A DNA stretch of 64,000 bases from a virus: IMG/VR virus record IMGVR_UViG_3300025096_000006, positions 1 to 64,000 of that record. One strand, given 5' to 3'. Every line of letters begins with the position of its first letter. Position 1 is the stretch's first letter. Shown here piece by piece: positions 47,543 to 57,048 of the stretch. The notes beneath the pieces are model-generated. The model ran no database searches. It was not told the DNA's origin and was given only the letters and a program-made list of their open reading frames with translations. Both the position numbers and the translations under genes were made by a program.

Positions 47543-49876
47543 CTATATGTCTAGTTTTAACTTAAATGTTAAATCTTGATCTTCTTTCTTGAGAATTGGG
47601 TTGGATAATGACGCAACACCAATTAAGTTCTTATTTTCATCATATATTCCAATTTTAGAAATATATACTTGCCTGTTAAAAGAAGCCGAATGCCCCTCAA
47701 AGCTAGAGCTAACAATATTTTTTATTCTTAATTTAGGATTTTCCTGATATATGACTGACGAAGTTAGCTGCAAGCGATCTTGACCATATTCTATAGAAGT
47801 AACATTATTAGAATAATTGGTTTCGCCGCGACGAGCATGCGCATGCATGGTCATAACCTGTGTCTCAGTTGTCCCTTCAAAAGATAAATCAAAGGACATA
47901 GATATGAATCTAGTGCCAGTGTTAGAGGTGCCTCCTCCTACTGTGCTTTGGGTTAGACCATCTTCTGCGCCGGCTCCAAAATATTTCCACTTTGGATAAT
48001 CCCACTCTTCAGTATCTTTAATTAATGGCATTGAACCGGTTGCTCCTAGCTGCCAATTGCCAGTCAATAGCAATATTCCTTCTTCATACAAAGCAACACC
48101 AGCCACACTACCGGAGCCCGTTTGAGCATCTGGTCCATCCATGGCTCCAGATACCTGAATAAGCTCTCCATTTTGTTTAAGATCTCTAAGTTCACCTATT
48201 AAAGTTCCAGTCACAAACATTTTTAATGAAAGCGATCCTGGTTTGATTTCCGAACCATAAAAGATAGACGGAATCATTATTGCATTAATTTGTTGGCGAT
48301 CCTTGTCCCAACCAACATCTGTCCCTCCATCTGCATATGCTGCTAAACTTGAACTAACTGCGTAATGCTCACTTCTTGTTCTATAAAGCTCCAATGAGTT
48401 TCGAAGCGCATGGTAGTGAGGGTGCACTGCGGTGCCTTTTGCGCACTCTACAGAAGTATCATCGCGGTATACCGTTTTGGCATCGTGAGCATCGCCATCG
48501 TCTTCATCGTGCGTTGGCAAGCGCTGTGCCGCATAATGTCCGCATTTTCCATCGGTAAAGGTAGAGCTTCCAGTCCAATATTCTCTGCTAATAGAAGCAG
48601 ACATAGGATAGTTTCCATAAAATATGGTACCATCTTCTATGGCGCGCCAGTTATCTAGTTGGCTACCAGTAAAAGCGCTTCTGAATATAGCTCTATCGCT
48701 GCTTTTTACTAGAAAAGGATAAATAAATTCATTTGTAGTTTCGGCGTTAGCATCGGTAGTAGTAGCACCGGCAAAGGCAGTAGCAGTAATCCCTCCATTA
48801 ACTCTTATATCCGATAAATTTCCATTTGTGATAGCTGCGATCGTAGTATTGCCTGCAATGCCAGGAGTGACTTGAGTAACAGTCAATGTATCATTTGTAG
48901 CGGTATGTGTGCTAAGTACGGCAGTCAATTTTCCGCTGTGCCCGGCAGAACCCTCAATGGCTTCCTTAAACTTAGTCGCAATCTCTCCTTGATCACTGCA
49001 TGCAGCAATATTAACGCGGATTGTTGTGCCGCTAACCACGGCACCATTTGCATAAGAGCCGCCATTTTGGAACGCATAAGTTCTTTCCGTTCCATCGCTA
49101 GAAGTTAGCGTAATTGAAGGAGGCGAGCCGTCATCAATACCACCAGAGCCGCCAACTGCATGATTTACAACTCTGATAGTGGCTGTGGAGCCTCCACCGG
49201 CGCCTTCAGCGGCTCCTCCAGTAAAAGCAGTAGCAGTAATGCCGGCATTTACCGTTATATCCGACGTATCACCGTTTGTCACAGCCGCAATTTCGGTGTT
49301 GCCAGCAATACCATCTGTTGCCTGAGTTAAGGTCATTGTATCATTTGTGGCAGTGACCGTACTTAAAACAACAGTAATCTTTCCATTATGCCCAGCGCTG
49401 CCTTCAATAGCTTCTTTAAATTTAGCTGCAATTTCTCCTTGATCGCTGCATGCAGCAATATTGACACGAATTGTTGTACCGCTAACCACGGCGCCATTTG
49501 CATAAGAACCACCATTCTGAAATGCATAGGTTCTCTCTGTTCCGTCACTAGAAGTTAGTACGATAGAGGGCGGCGAACCATCATCAATACCGCCGGATCC
49601 TCCGACTGCATGATTTACAATTTTAATTGTAGCTGTTGCGCCCCCTGCATCAATATTGGCAGCATGTCGAACATAGCCAGTTCCTTTATCTATATTGTAT
49701 TCATATAGACTAATATGTCCTGGACCTACATTTCTAACATTGTGACTAAAGGCGCCAGACTGTTCAGCTCTCTGGTTGTAGTAAACAGTTCCGTCATAAA
49801 TGAAAAACTCACTTTTTGGGTGAGCTTTCATTGTGTTAATCAGAAGATCGTTTTCTCCAAACTTTTTAATAGACAT
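47543..49876 (-). CDS. Baseplate/virion structural protein with a duplicated inserted domain
   Basis: C-terminus YISKIGIYDENKNLIGVASLSNP...FKLKLDI shared with the neighbouring gene; internal ~140-aa duplication. Confidence 0.65.
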   Translation of the reverse strand: MSIKKFGENDLLINTMKAHPKSEFFIYDGTVYYNQRAEQSGAFSHNVRNVGPGHISLYEYNIDKGTGYVRHAANIDAGGATATIKIVNHAVGGSGGIDDGSPPSIVLTSSDGTERTYAFQNGGSYANGAVVSGTTIRVNIAACSDQGEIAAKFKEAIEGSAGHNGKITVVLSTVTATNDTMTLTQATDGIAGNTEIAAVTNGDTSDITVNAGITATAFTGGAAEGAGGGSTATIRVVNHAVGGSGGIDDGSPPSITLTSSDGTERTYAFQNGGSYANGAVVSGTTIRVNIAACSDQGEIATKFKEAIEGSAGHSGKLTAVLSTHTATNDTLTVTQVTPGIAGNTTIAAITNGNLSDIRVNGGITATAFAGATTTDANAETTNEFIYPFLVKSSDRAIFRSAFTGSQLDNWRAIEDGTIFYGNYPMSASISREYWTGSSTFTDGKCGHYAAQRLPTHDEDDGDAHDAKTVYRDDTSVECAKGTAVHPHYHALRNSLELYRTRSEHYAVSSSLAAYADGGTDVGWDKDRQQINAIMIPSIFYGSEIKPGSLSLKMFVTGTLIGELRDLKQNGELIQVSGAMDGPDAQTGSGSVAGVALYEEGILLLTGNWQLGATGSMPLIKDTEEWDYPKWKYFGAGAEDGLTQSTVGGGTSNTGTRFISMSFDLSFEGTTETQVMTMHAHARRGETNYSNNVTSIEYGQDRLQLTSSVIYQENPKLRIKNIVSSSFEGHSASFNRQVYISKIGIYDENKNLIGVASLSNPILKKEDQDLTFKLKLDI
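48765..49640 (-). repeat. Two diverged copies of a ~140-aa domain (approx. 49215-49640 and 48765-49190)
   Basis: ATI..VNHAVGGSGGIDDGSPPSI.LTSSDGTERTYAFQNGGSYANGAVVSGTTIRVNIAACSDQGEIA.KFKEAIEGSAGH occurs twice. Confidence 0.9.
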
Positions 49877-49891
49877 AGTTAGTGCATTTTT

Positions 49892-50986
49892 TTAGTAGTC
49901 TAATCTAACGCGAATTGTCATATCAACTTCAGGAGTTTTCTTGAGAGGTTCTGACAATTTCGCAACCGCTAGCAATTCGTTAGCAGCGCTATACAAGCCG
50001 ACTGTTGTGATATACGATATCGGCGGATCAGAAGCCACACTTTTAACTCTCATTTTGCTGGCGGACACATATGTTGGATTAGTGCTGTAATTAAATTTAT
50101 TGTGCGGAACTCTACAGAAATAAATTGTTGAGTTAATCTCAGTAGTATTCTGAAAAGAAACATTTACAAATCTAGCTCTGATGGCATCGCAGTTACCGGA
50201 AATAGAAGAGCCGGTAAATGAAGCGGATACGCCATCAAGCTGTTTTCCATTGGTGGCGAGACTGCCACTAACAAACCTGGGGTTTCCATCCCATATTGAC
50301 GAAGTAAGCGCCACCACACCAGCTTCATAAAAGATCACGCCATAACCTGTGCCATCTTTTGCAACATCGTTATATAAGACAGCCATCTTGCCGCCTTGAG
50401 TAGCAAGTGTTCCTTCTCCAGAAACAGTTCCGGACGGATCTGATAAGACAATCTTGCTTCCATTGGGGTATGCTGCGCCGGCATCACTATCAGAATTAGA
50501 GATCGGCCAAGAACCAGAGAACATCGTAAGACTAAACGATCCAGGTTTGATCTGGTCTTTGTAAAGCAGACGACTAAAATTCAAGAAAACGCACGAATCC
50601 ATAGATCCGGTGCCATCTAGTTTAAGATCGCTTTCAAATTTTCTAATTACACCAGAGCCGGTAACTCCAAGAAGCACCAAAGCTTCTTGATCGTACATAT
50701 TTCGTTTCTTTGCATTTTGTGTGCTACTAGAAGCCGAAAAAGCTGAATCAACAGAATACCCAATAGATATATCAAGGATATGGTTTGCAGATGAGCTTAG
50801 ATACGGATAGTCGTACACTGACTGAAACATTCCGTGTGAATAATCCTTAATATTGAAGGACGTACCATCTGGACTATCATATGTTCCAGACACAATCGTA
50901 CCGCTTAGAGGCAGAGACTCATGAAGTAAAGTTTTTGTAGTTGTAACATCCGTGCTAGGATTTAAAGGTTCATAATTTCGTGGCAT
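49892..50986 (-). CDS. Baseplate/virion structural protein
   Basis: C-terminus FNYSTNPT...YITTVGLYSAANELLAVAKLSEP...VRLDY; paralogous to the 47543 gene. Confidence 0.65.
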   Translation of the reverse strand: MPRNYEPLNPSTDVTTTKTLLHESLPLSGTIVSGTYDSPDGTSFNIKDYSHGMFQSVYDYPYLSSSANHILDISIGYSVDSAFSASSSTQNAKKRNMYDQEALVLLGVTGSGVIRKFESDLKLDGTGSMDSCVFLNFSRLLYKDQIKPGSFSLTMFSGSWPISNSDSDAGAAYPNGSKIVLSDPSGTVSGEGTLATQGGKMAVLYNDVAKDGTGYGVIFYEAGVVALTSSIWDGNPRFVSGSLATNGKQLDGVSASFTGSSISGNCDAIRARFVNVSFQNTTEINSTIYFCRVPHNKFNYSTNPTYVSASKMRVKSVASDPPISYITTVGLYSAANELLAVAKLSEPLKKTPEVDMTIRVRLDY

Positions 50987-51008
50987 TTATTTTCTCCATG
51001 TCCATAAT

Positions 51009-51995
51009 TTAAGTACCGGCATATCTAATAATTCTTACTGGTATTTGAATGCGTGCGGAAGTTGTAGTTCCCTCGCAATAAACCGTTGAATCGATATAAT
51101 CATATTTTTTGCTTCCACCAAATAACGCTTCAGACTGAACTCCATAAAGCGCATATTTAGTGTCAGAAACTCCGGTTGAGGTTGATGTTAGTTCTTGTGG
51201 AATGTTAAGGTTTAGTGCAGTGGCTGAAGATTTGCATCCTCGAATAGCCGTATACGAAGAAACATCAACTGACGCATGTTCTGTTATGTTATTTGGCACA
51301 CAGTTAATTACGTGGGCACTATAATTTTTAACTGCGAACGAAACAGATGTTGTTGATGACTGCATGAGGCTTCCAAAATTTACTTTAACTTTACCGGCAT
51401 TAGTATTTGTAAATATTGCAGTCTTAGGTGGACCCATAACAGTATTTATAAAACGATGATCAGTAAAAACATACATACTCTTATCAAGCAAATTTGTATT
51501 AGCAAGATAAGTTCTTGAGTTTTCTAAAGTCTGTGCAATATCTGGACTGTCAATACCCATTTCAAGAATAACTTTTGTCGAGGTGGGTGAGCCAGCATTT
51601 AAGAAATAGTTGTCCGAACCAAAAGTCGATTTAAGCTCATCAGCTGTTTCTTGATTAGCAGCAAGATAGTGAACGCTACCAGTCACTAGACTAGATTCAT
51701 TTAGGTGCGGGTTTACTTTAACCTCTGGCATATATAATAAATCGGTTCGTGCGTATGATGAAAGCCCATACGCGATACCAAGATCTGATGCCTCTTTGAT
51801 TGGCGTCTGCAGAATCTCTAAGTCAAAGTAGGGACTGCCTGAAACGTGTGTTAGGTTGTATAGCTCATAATTTATCTCATCGTCTCCAAGTGCAAACTTA
51901 GTAACTCTAAATCTGCCTTGAGCCATCCTTTTTCTACCAGCGCTAGTTAGGATAGCATCTAAAATTATGTCGCCTGAATTGTCTAAAAAAGCCAT
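51009..51995 (-). CDS. Baseplate/virion structural protein
   Basis: MAFLDNSGDIILDAILTSAGRKRMAQG...TKFALGDDEINY; late motif and GAGGAG SD upstream. Confidence 0.65.
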   Translation of the reverse strand: MAFLDNSGDIILDAILTSAGRKRMAQGRFRVTKFALGDDEINYELYNLTHVSGSPYFDLEILQTPIKEASDLGIAYGLSSYARTDLLYMPEVKVNPHLNESSLVTGSVHYLAANQETADELKSTFGSDNYFLNAGSPTSTKVILEMGIDSPDIAQTLENSRTYLANTNLLDKSMYVFTDHRFINTVMGPPKTAIFTNTNAGKVKVNFGSLMQSSTTSVSFAVKNYSAHVINCVPNNITEHASVDVSSYTAIRGCKSSATALNLNIPQELTSTSTGVSDTKYALYGVQSEALFGGSKKYDYIDSTVYCEGTTTSARIQIPVRIIRYAGT

Positions 51996-52041
51996 TTATT
52001 AACTCCTCTCTTGATAAATAGTTGTATTTTTTTATCTTTCA

Positions 52042-54942
52042 CTATTGATTTACATTTTTATAAGTAATATTAATATCCATTTTTTTACCGGTTTTCTTTG
52101 ATGTCAATCTTAGTTTAAAAGTATTTCCCCAAATTGTCTCCTCAAGATTGTCTGCTCCAATCGTCACATTTTGCATTTCTTCATGTGATTCGTTTGAAAT
52201 ATCAGCATCTGTATCATCTATTATTGTTTGGTTTATGTTGGGTTTTATCATAAATAGTTTTTTAAATGATTTTGAGGGTTCTGTGTAATGAGTGAGAGTC
52301 GGATCTAAATCTTCCTCACAATAAGCTTCAAAGATAGAATATTTGAAAGCTCCATCATCAACTAATTCAGCTTCGTATATTTCAGATTCAAAGCCGGGTA
52401 TTCCGGCCTCATTTACGGCTCTAAATAAATAATAATATTTTCTATTAGTTGCAATCTTATCATAAAATATTGTTTGCGATAAGGTATTTTTTGAATTTTC
52501 TATTTTTAAGTCTATTCTTGAGATAATTTGATTATCAAAATCCGCAATAGATCGTGGTTTTTCGGACACTCTATACACTTCAATAGCAGCTTGTCTAGAC
52601 ACGGATATTCGATTGACCTGATCTTCAACAGCATTATCTATATCAATCATATCAAGAGAATGAATATAAGAACCTCTAATATCATAATCATCATCCATAA
52701 TGGGAGAAGGGGGCAAATAATGCGTAGTAAAGTCATCATATTTAATATCAAATCCAATTATTTGCGAATTATCCATCAGTTGGAACGGCGAAACATCAAC
52801 TATGTTTGGGGGGTTATCTAACGCTTTTAAAACTTTAGTAGCAATTGGTATTTCTATTATTTTAGCAGAGGCTTCAAAATTTAAATAAAAATCTGCTAGG
52901 TATTGGTAGTTTTTAGATATACTCTGAGTGCTATCGATAAAAGTATTAATTCCTAGCAAGGCGTTATCTTCGTCTGTTTCATATAATTGCGTTTCTGGTC
53001 CTGCAGTTAAAGGGTCATACCACTGAATACAATACCACCCTTCGTAATCAGCAGCTTCTTCCCCAACTATTCCGGAAGGTCTGCCTAAACGAACAGTATC
53101 TACTGAATATTTGCTGCCACACACAAGGACATAAGCATAAACATTATACGTATAATCTTGATCATATTTTATTTGGCTATCATATAATAAAATATCATCT
53201 CCCTCTTTGCCTTCAGCGATCCAAAAATCTTGTAATACGCCCAATGATCCACCGGTAGCAACATTGCCACCTATTTTTTCAACCCTGTAGGCTATTGTTT
53301 CTAAATATTTATGCTGATCACCTCCTACAGATACGGGACCGGCATAATAAGAAGTTGGATTAACTATAGCATCTAAAATTAATTCTTCAGAGGCGCCTGT
53401 GCCGGCGCGGCTGTATGTTGAAAGAGCAGCTTTATCTAAAGAATAAGCTAGTGTAGTATTAGATAATTCTTCAAAATCTTTTACAAAATGAGCTATATTA
53501 ATTGAATTATAGTGAGCGTATAAAAGAGTTGATTCCTTTGCAGACAGTCGATCAATATTTGGAGCACCTATAAAATAACAATCAGACGATGGGTTCACTG
53601 CTGCTTCGCTAGCCTGCTGAGAAGAGATATTATTAATTGCAGAATAGTTAATGAATTCCGCAAAATCCAGCGTTCTGTACGTTTCACTGTTTGTTTCAGT
53701 TAGATCCTCTGAGCCCTCTAGCGAAGCGGATGTATACATTTTTTCGACCATGAAGGTCATATCCTCCAGCCGACTAGGTTCTGCAGAAATTTGTCCAAAT
53801 AAATCTTTTAAATCTTTCATAAACTTGCTACTAAGATTGTGCTCAGTTATTAAATCTCTTACATAGCTCAAGCCTGCAAAAGATTCACTTCCAAAATTAG
53901 ACAGATATGCTGAATTTAATGATTGGAAATCAATTTTAATATAAAAAGGTATTTTACTAATGTTGTCAACAATAGATTTACATTCTTCAGATACTGCATT
54001 TTGATCAAATATCACATTGCGCATAGCCGAATCAATACTGTTTATTGTACTTTGCGAGAGAGGATACCTTAATAAAGATGCAGAATAATAATTTCTCAAG
54101 TTTAAATCAATATCTTCAAATTGAGGAGTAGGAAATCCAGCGCCGGCGCCGGCATCCGCAGTTTCATCCCACGAATCTGCAGAATAAAATGGCGGCAAAT
54201 AAGTGCTAATTAAGACAGGATCTAACAAGCTATCTGGCTCTACTGATGTTAAGTCTGGATATGCATTTTCTAATGTTATAAATCTAAGTATTGCGTCTGC
54301 GTATCCGTATGTCGGCTCTGGAGTATCTTCAATTGTCTGAAATAAATATGCATTTGGAAGAACGCGCTCTGACGCAACCCCATTAGTATAGTCTAAATAC
54401 TCCGAATAATGTCTGTTATAGCTAGGGGTTATCGATATTGTATTGTTTCCCTGAGCGGCGGCGGCATTATGATCTATTATATTAGAGTCATATTTGTGAT
54501 ATGGCAATTGCAAATACCTAATGGAGTGGTCTCCGAATACCGTATTGTGTTGAGACAGCGGTCCTACATATGATTTATCTGAATATTCTCCACCCATTAT
54601 ATAGGCTTCCCACCATAGATAATTGTCAAACCCAAAACTAGTATCTTCATAAATTCGACAAGGCACTCTATAGCTATTAAAAAAAGATAAATTATTTATT
54701 TCTTCCATAAGATCAAAATTTGGAATAATCGCATGCATTCCTTCTTGCTCTGGAACATATTGAACTCCTAATTCATCAAATGTATACTCAGTTCCAAACA
54801 AGGAGTAAGAGAAGTACTCTTCATCATCCGAAATTTCTTCAACTGATATAAAGGCGCCCATGGCTGTTCTGAAAGGATCAGAACCGCTTATAATATCTAA
54901 ATTTGCTAAGCTTAATGCAATGGCGGGGTATTCAGTACTCAT
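52042..54942 (-). CDS. Large acidic hypothetical protein, probably virion structural
   Basis: 966-aa ORF in the structural block; Tyr/Asp-rich; FN3-like YDQDYTYNVYAY and KYYYLFRAVN. Confidence 0.6.
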   Translation of the reverse strand: MSTEYPAIALSLANLDIISGSDPFRTAMGAFISVEEISDDEEYFSYSLFGTEYTFDELGVQYVPEQEGMHAIIPNFDLMEEINNLSFFNSYRVPCRIYEDTSFGFDNYLWWEAYIMGGEYSDKSYVGPLSQHNTVFGDHSIRYLQLPYHKYDSNIIDHNAAAAQGNNTISITPSYNRHYSEYLDYTNGVASERVLPNAYLFQTIEDTPEPTYGYADAILRFITLENAYPDLTSVEPDSLLDPVLISTYLPPFYSADSWDETADAGAGAGFPTPQFEDIDLNLRNYYSASLLRYPLSQSTINSIDSAMRNVIFDQNAVSEECKSIVDNISKIPFYIKIDFQSLNSAYLSNFGSESFAGLSYVRDLITEHNLSSKFMKDLKDLFGQISAEPSRLEDMTFMVEKMYTSASLEGSEDLTETNSETYRTLDFAEFINYSAINNISSQQASEAAVNPSSDCYFIGAPNIDRLSAKESTLLYAHYNSINIAHFVKDFEELSNTTLAYSLDKAALSTYSRAGTGASEELILDAIVNPTSYYAGPVSVGGDQHKYLETIAYRVEKIGGNVATGGSLGVLQDFWIAEGKEGDDILLYDSQIKYDQDYTYNVYAYVLVCGSKYSVDTVRLGRPSGIVGEEAADYEGWYCIQWYDPLTAGPETQLYETDEDNALLGINTFIDSTQSISKNYQYLADFYLNFEASAKIIEIPIATKVLKALDNPPNIVDVSPFQLMDNSQIIGFDIKYDDFTTHYLPPSPIMDDDYDIRGSYIHSLDMIDIDNAVEDQVNRISVSRQAAIEVYRVSEKPRSIADFDNQIISRIDLKIENSKNTLSQTIFYDKIATNRKYYYLFRAVNEAGIPGFESEIYEAELVDDGAFKYSIFEAYCEEDLDPTLTHYTEPSKSFKKLFMIKPNINQTIIDDTDADISNESHEEMQNVTIGADNLEETIWGNTFKLRLTSKKTGKKMDINITYKNVNQ

Positions 54943-54954
54943 ATTGCGCTCTCT

Positions 54955-56262
54955 TTAGTAAGTAGTAGAAGTGCCGGATGGGTTTCCTGCAAATATCATT
55001 AGATCAGATTCTTCGGTTGCTATTTCGGCGCCGAGGGCTAAAGAAGTAAAATTACCAAACTTAAATATATCATATTTTCGACTTCTAAACTCGTCACTAG
55101 TTTCATAGCTGCGTGCTATTAATTCATCATATAGCGATGAAATGGTATTGTCTAATATTTCTGACCATGTATTATCTGAGCCAAATCTTTCCTTGAGAGC
55201 CGCTAGTTCACCCGAATAATATTCAACATACGTGGCACCTTCAGCATATTGTTCTTCATCAGTTGGCTCTTCTTCTCCATCATAATACGTATGAGAAAAC
55301 ATCGGCGCATAATCACTACTATTCATAAAATCCCAATATATTTGTCGTTCTTCTCCCCACAAATCTTCAAAAGATGTATATGCTATCTCCATAACTTGGC
55401 CGGCTTCAAATCTATCAGTATAATTAACGCTGTCAAAATCAAAATCAGATTCAAATTCAGCAGCAATTGAGCCTAGGGCGGCGCGCATAAGTATGCTTCC
55501 TTCTACTTCATTTTCCCAGTCGTCTGTATTGGGAGCAATGATGTCTATAAGTCCTATTCTGTTCTCACGTTCTTCAAAATCTGATCCCAAAGCCAATTCC
55601 GGGAGTCCGTTTTCGCACGGTTTATCTCCGCTAGTTGAATATTCAGTTTCTTGTTCAGGCGCAGCGTCCTCACCAGTATCGGGATCTGCTGAGTCAGCGG
55701 CTTGGCTAGCAACTTGACCGAATGGATCCTGATCTGCTGCCAGCTCGCCAGCTCCTCCTTGCGGATCTTGTTTAGTGTCAGATACATAGGCTCCACCGCC
55801 GCGGGTTCTAGATTGCCATAGGGATCCAACTTCTTTTGGTCCACGGGTTCGATCTCCTGCTTCTCCACCGCCGCGGGTTCTAGATTGCCATAGGGATCCA
55901 ACTTCTTTTGGTCCACGGGTTCGATCTCCTGCTTCTTCTTCTTCAGGGGTGGGTATGCCGAATTTTGGATCCGAAACTTCTTTTTCAAGCGGAGATCCGT
56001 ATAAGGTAGCCCAGCTAGACTGGGCGCCGCCGGCGGATTGAATCATATAGCCTATGCTCATTGTTCCAAGAGATTCGTGAATAATAACATCTTCATCTGG
56101 ATCGCCATATACTCTGGAACCACCTCCAGAAAACCAATCATCCTCTTCGTCTGGTGGCTCTTCGATAACGCATTGCCCCAGGTCCCAAGACCACACATAA
56201 GGTTCGCCATATAAATCTTTACATTCTTGATCTAAGCGTTCAGTTTCTTCATCAGTGGGCAT
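54955..56262 (-). CDS. Acidic hypothetical protein with an internal duplication
   Basis: 435 aa; AAGGA SD. Confidence 0.65.
   Translation of the reverse strand: MPTDEETERLDQECKDLYGEPYVWSWDLGQCVIEEPPDEEDDWFSGGGSRVYGDPDEDVIIHESLGTMSIGYMIQSAGGAQSSWATLYGSPLEKEVSDPKFGIPTPEEEEAGDRTRGPKEVGSLWQSRTRGGGEAGDRTRGPKEVGSLWQSRTRGGGAYVSDTKQDPQGGAGELAADQDPFGQVASQAADSADPDTGEDAAPEQETEYSTSGDKPCENGLPELALGSDFEERENRIGLIDIIAPNTDDWENEVEGSILMRAALGSIAAEFESDFDFDSVNYTDRFEAGQVMEIAYTSFEDLWGEERQIYWDFMNSSDYAPMFSHTYYDGEEEPTDEEQYAEGATYVEYYSGELAALKERFGSDNTWSEILDNTISSLYDELIARSYETSDEFRSRKYDIFKFGNFTSLALGAEIATEESDLMIFAGNPSGTSTTY
55791..55934. repeat. Perfect 72-bp tandem duplication (EAGDRTRGPKEVGSLWQSRTRGGG x2)
   Basis: 55791-55862 is identical to 55863-55934. 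Confidence 0.95.
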
Positions 56263-56284
56263 AAAAATATATTTCCTTAATTAT

Positions 56285-56995
56285 TTAAGTAAGTTGTTTT
56301 AATGGAGTGCTAGGCATTTCGCGTAAAATTTGAGCTGATTTATTAGCGTCAACGGCGCCAGCATCCATGCTAAACACTACCTGATCGCCATTGGGGCTAT
56401 TCGTATTGTTGCCGCGATTATTGTTTTTATTAACGGCTCTATTAGTATTATTATTAGAGCTGCCAATATCACTCATCAGGACGCTAATATTTTTATTCTG
56501 TTGTATTTGTTTTGAGCTATTGCGTTTTCGCTTGTCATTTTCGTTTCGTTTATTTTGAGGAATATCATCATCCAAACAGTAAAATGGATCATTTGGATTA
56601 GCAAAATTCTTTTTTGCATCTCTTTGTTTGTTTTTCATATTTTTTGTCGATTGTTCATCAATTATATTTGGGTTATCTACAGTTTCTTTATCGGTTTGCT
56701 GTAGTAATAGCGAATAATCATATTTTTCATCACTAATGTCACAGCCCAGTGAAAATAACAATTTAGTAGAGATTTCTGCGGTGTTGCCGTTCGACTCATA
56801 GGCGCCTGCAATTCTTTTTGCTTTCATGATGGCTAAAGATTTTTGAATATTGGCTACTCTTGTTCTTCTTTTGTCAGTAACTTTGCCGTTTATTAAAAAC
56901 TTATTTTTTGTTGCAATAATTCGGTTTAAAGCTCTATCTTCGACTATTTCTCTAGTTAGCATTCGACTGCTTGCGCCGCGTTTACGTTTTGCCAA
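56285..56995 (-). CDS. Basic, Asn-rich hypothetical protein
   Basis: TTG start with GGAG SD; late motif upstream. Confidence 0.6.
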   Translation of the reverse strand: MAKRKRGASSRMLTREIVEDRALNRIIATKNKFLINGKVTDKRRTRVANIQKSLAIMKAKRIAGAYESNGNTAEISTKLLFSLGCDISDEKYDYSLLLQQTDKETVDNPNIIDEQSTKNMKNKQRDAKKNFANPNDPFYCLDDDIPQNKRNENDKRKRNSSKQIQQNKNISVLMSDIGSSNNNTNRAVNKNNNRGNNTNSPNGDQVVFSMDAGAVDANKSAQILREMPSTPLKQLT

Positions 56996-57048
56996 AATAA
57001 TTCTCCATTTTTTAATATAATCTCATGATAAATAGTGCACATATGATT

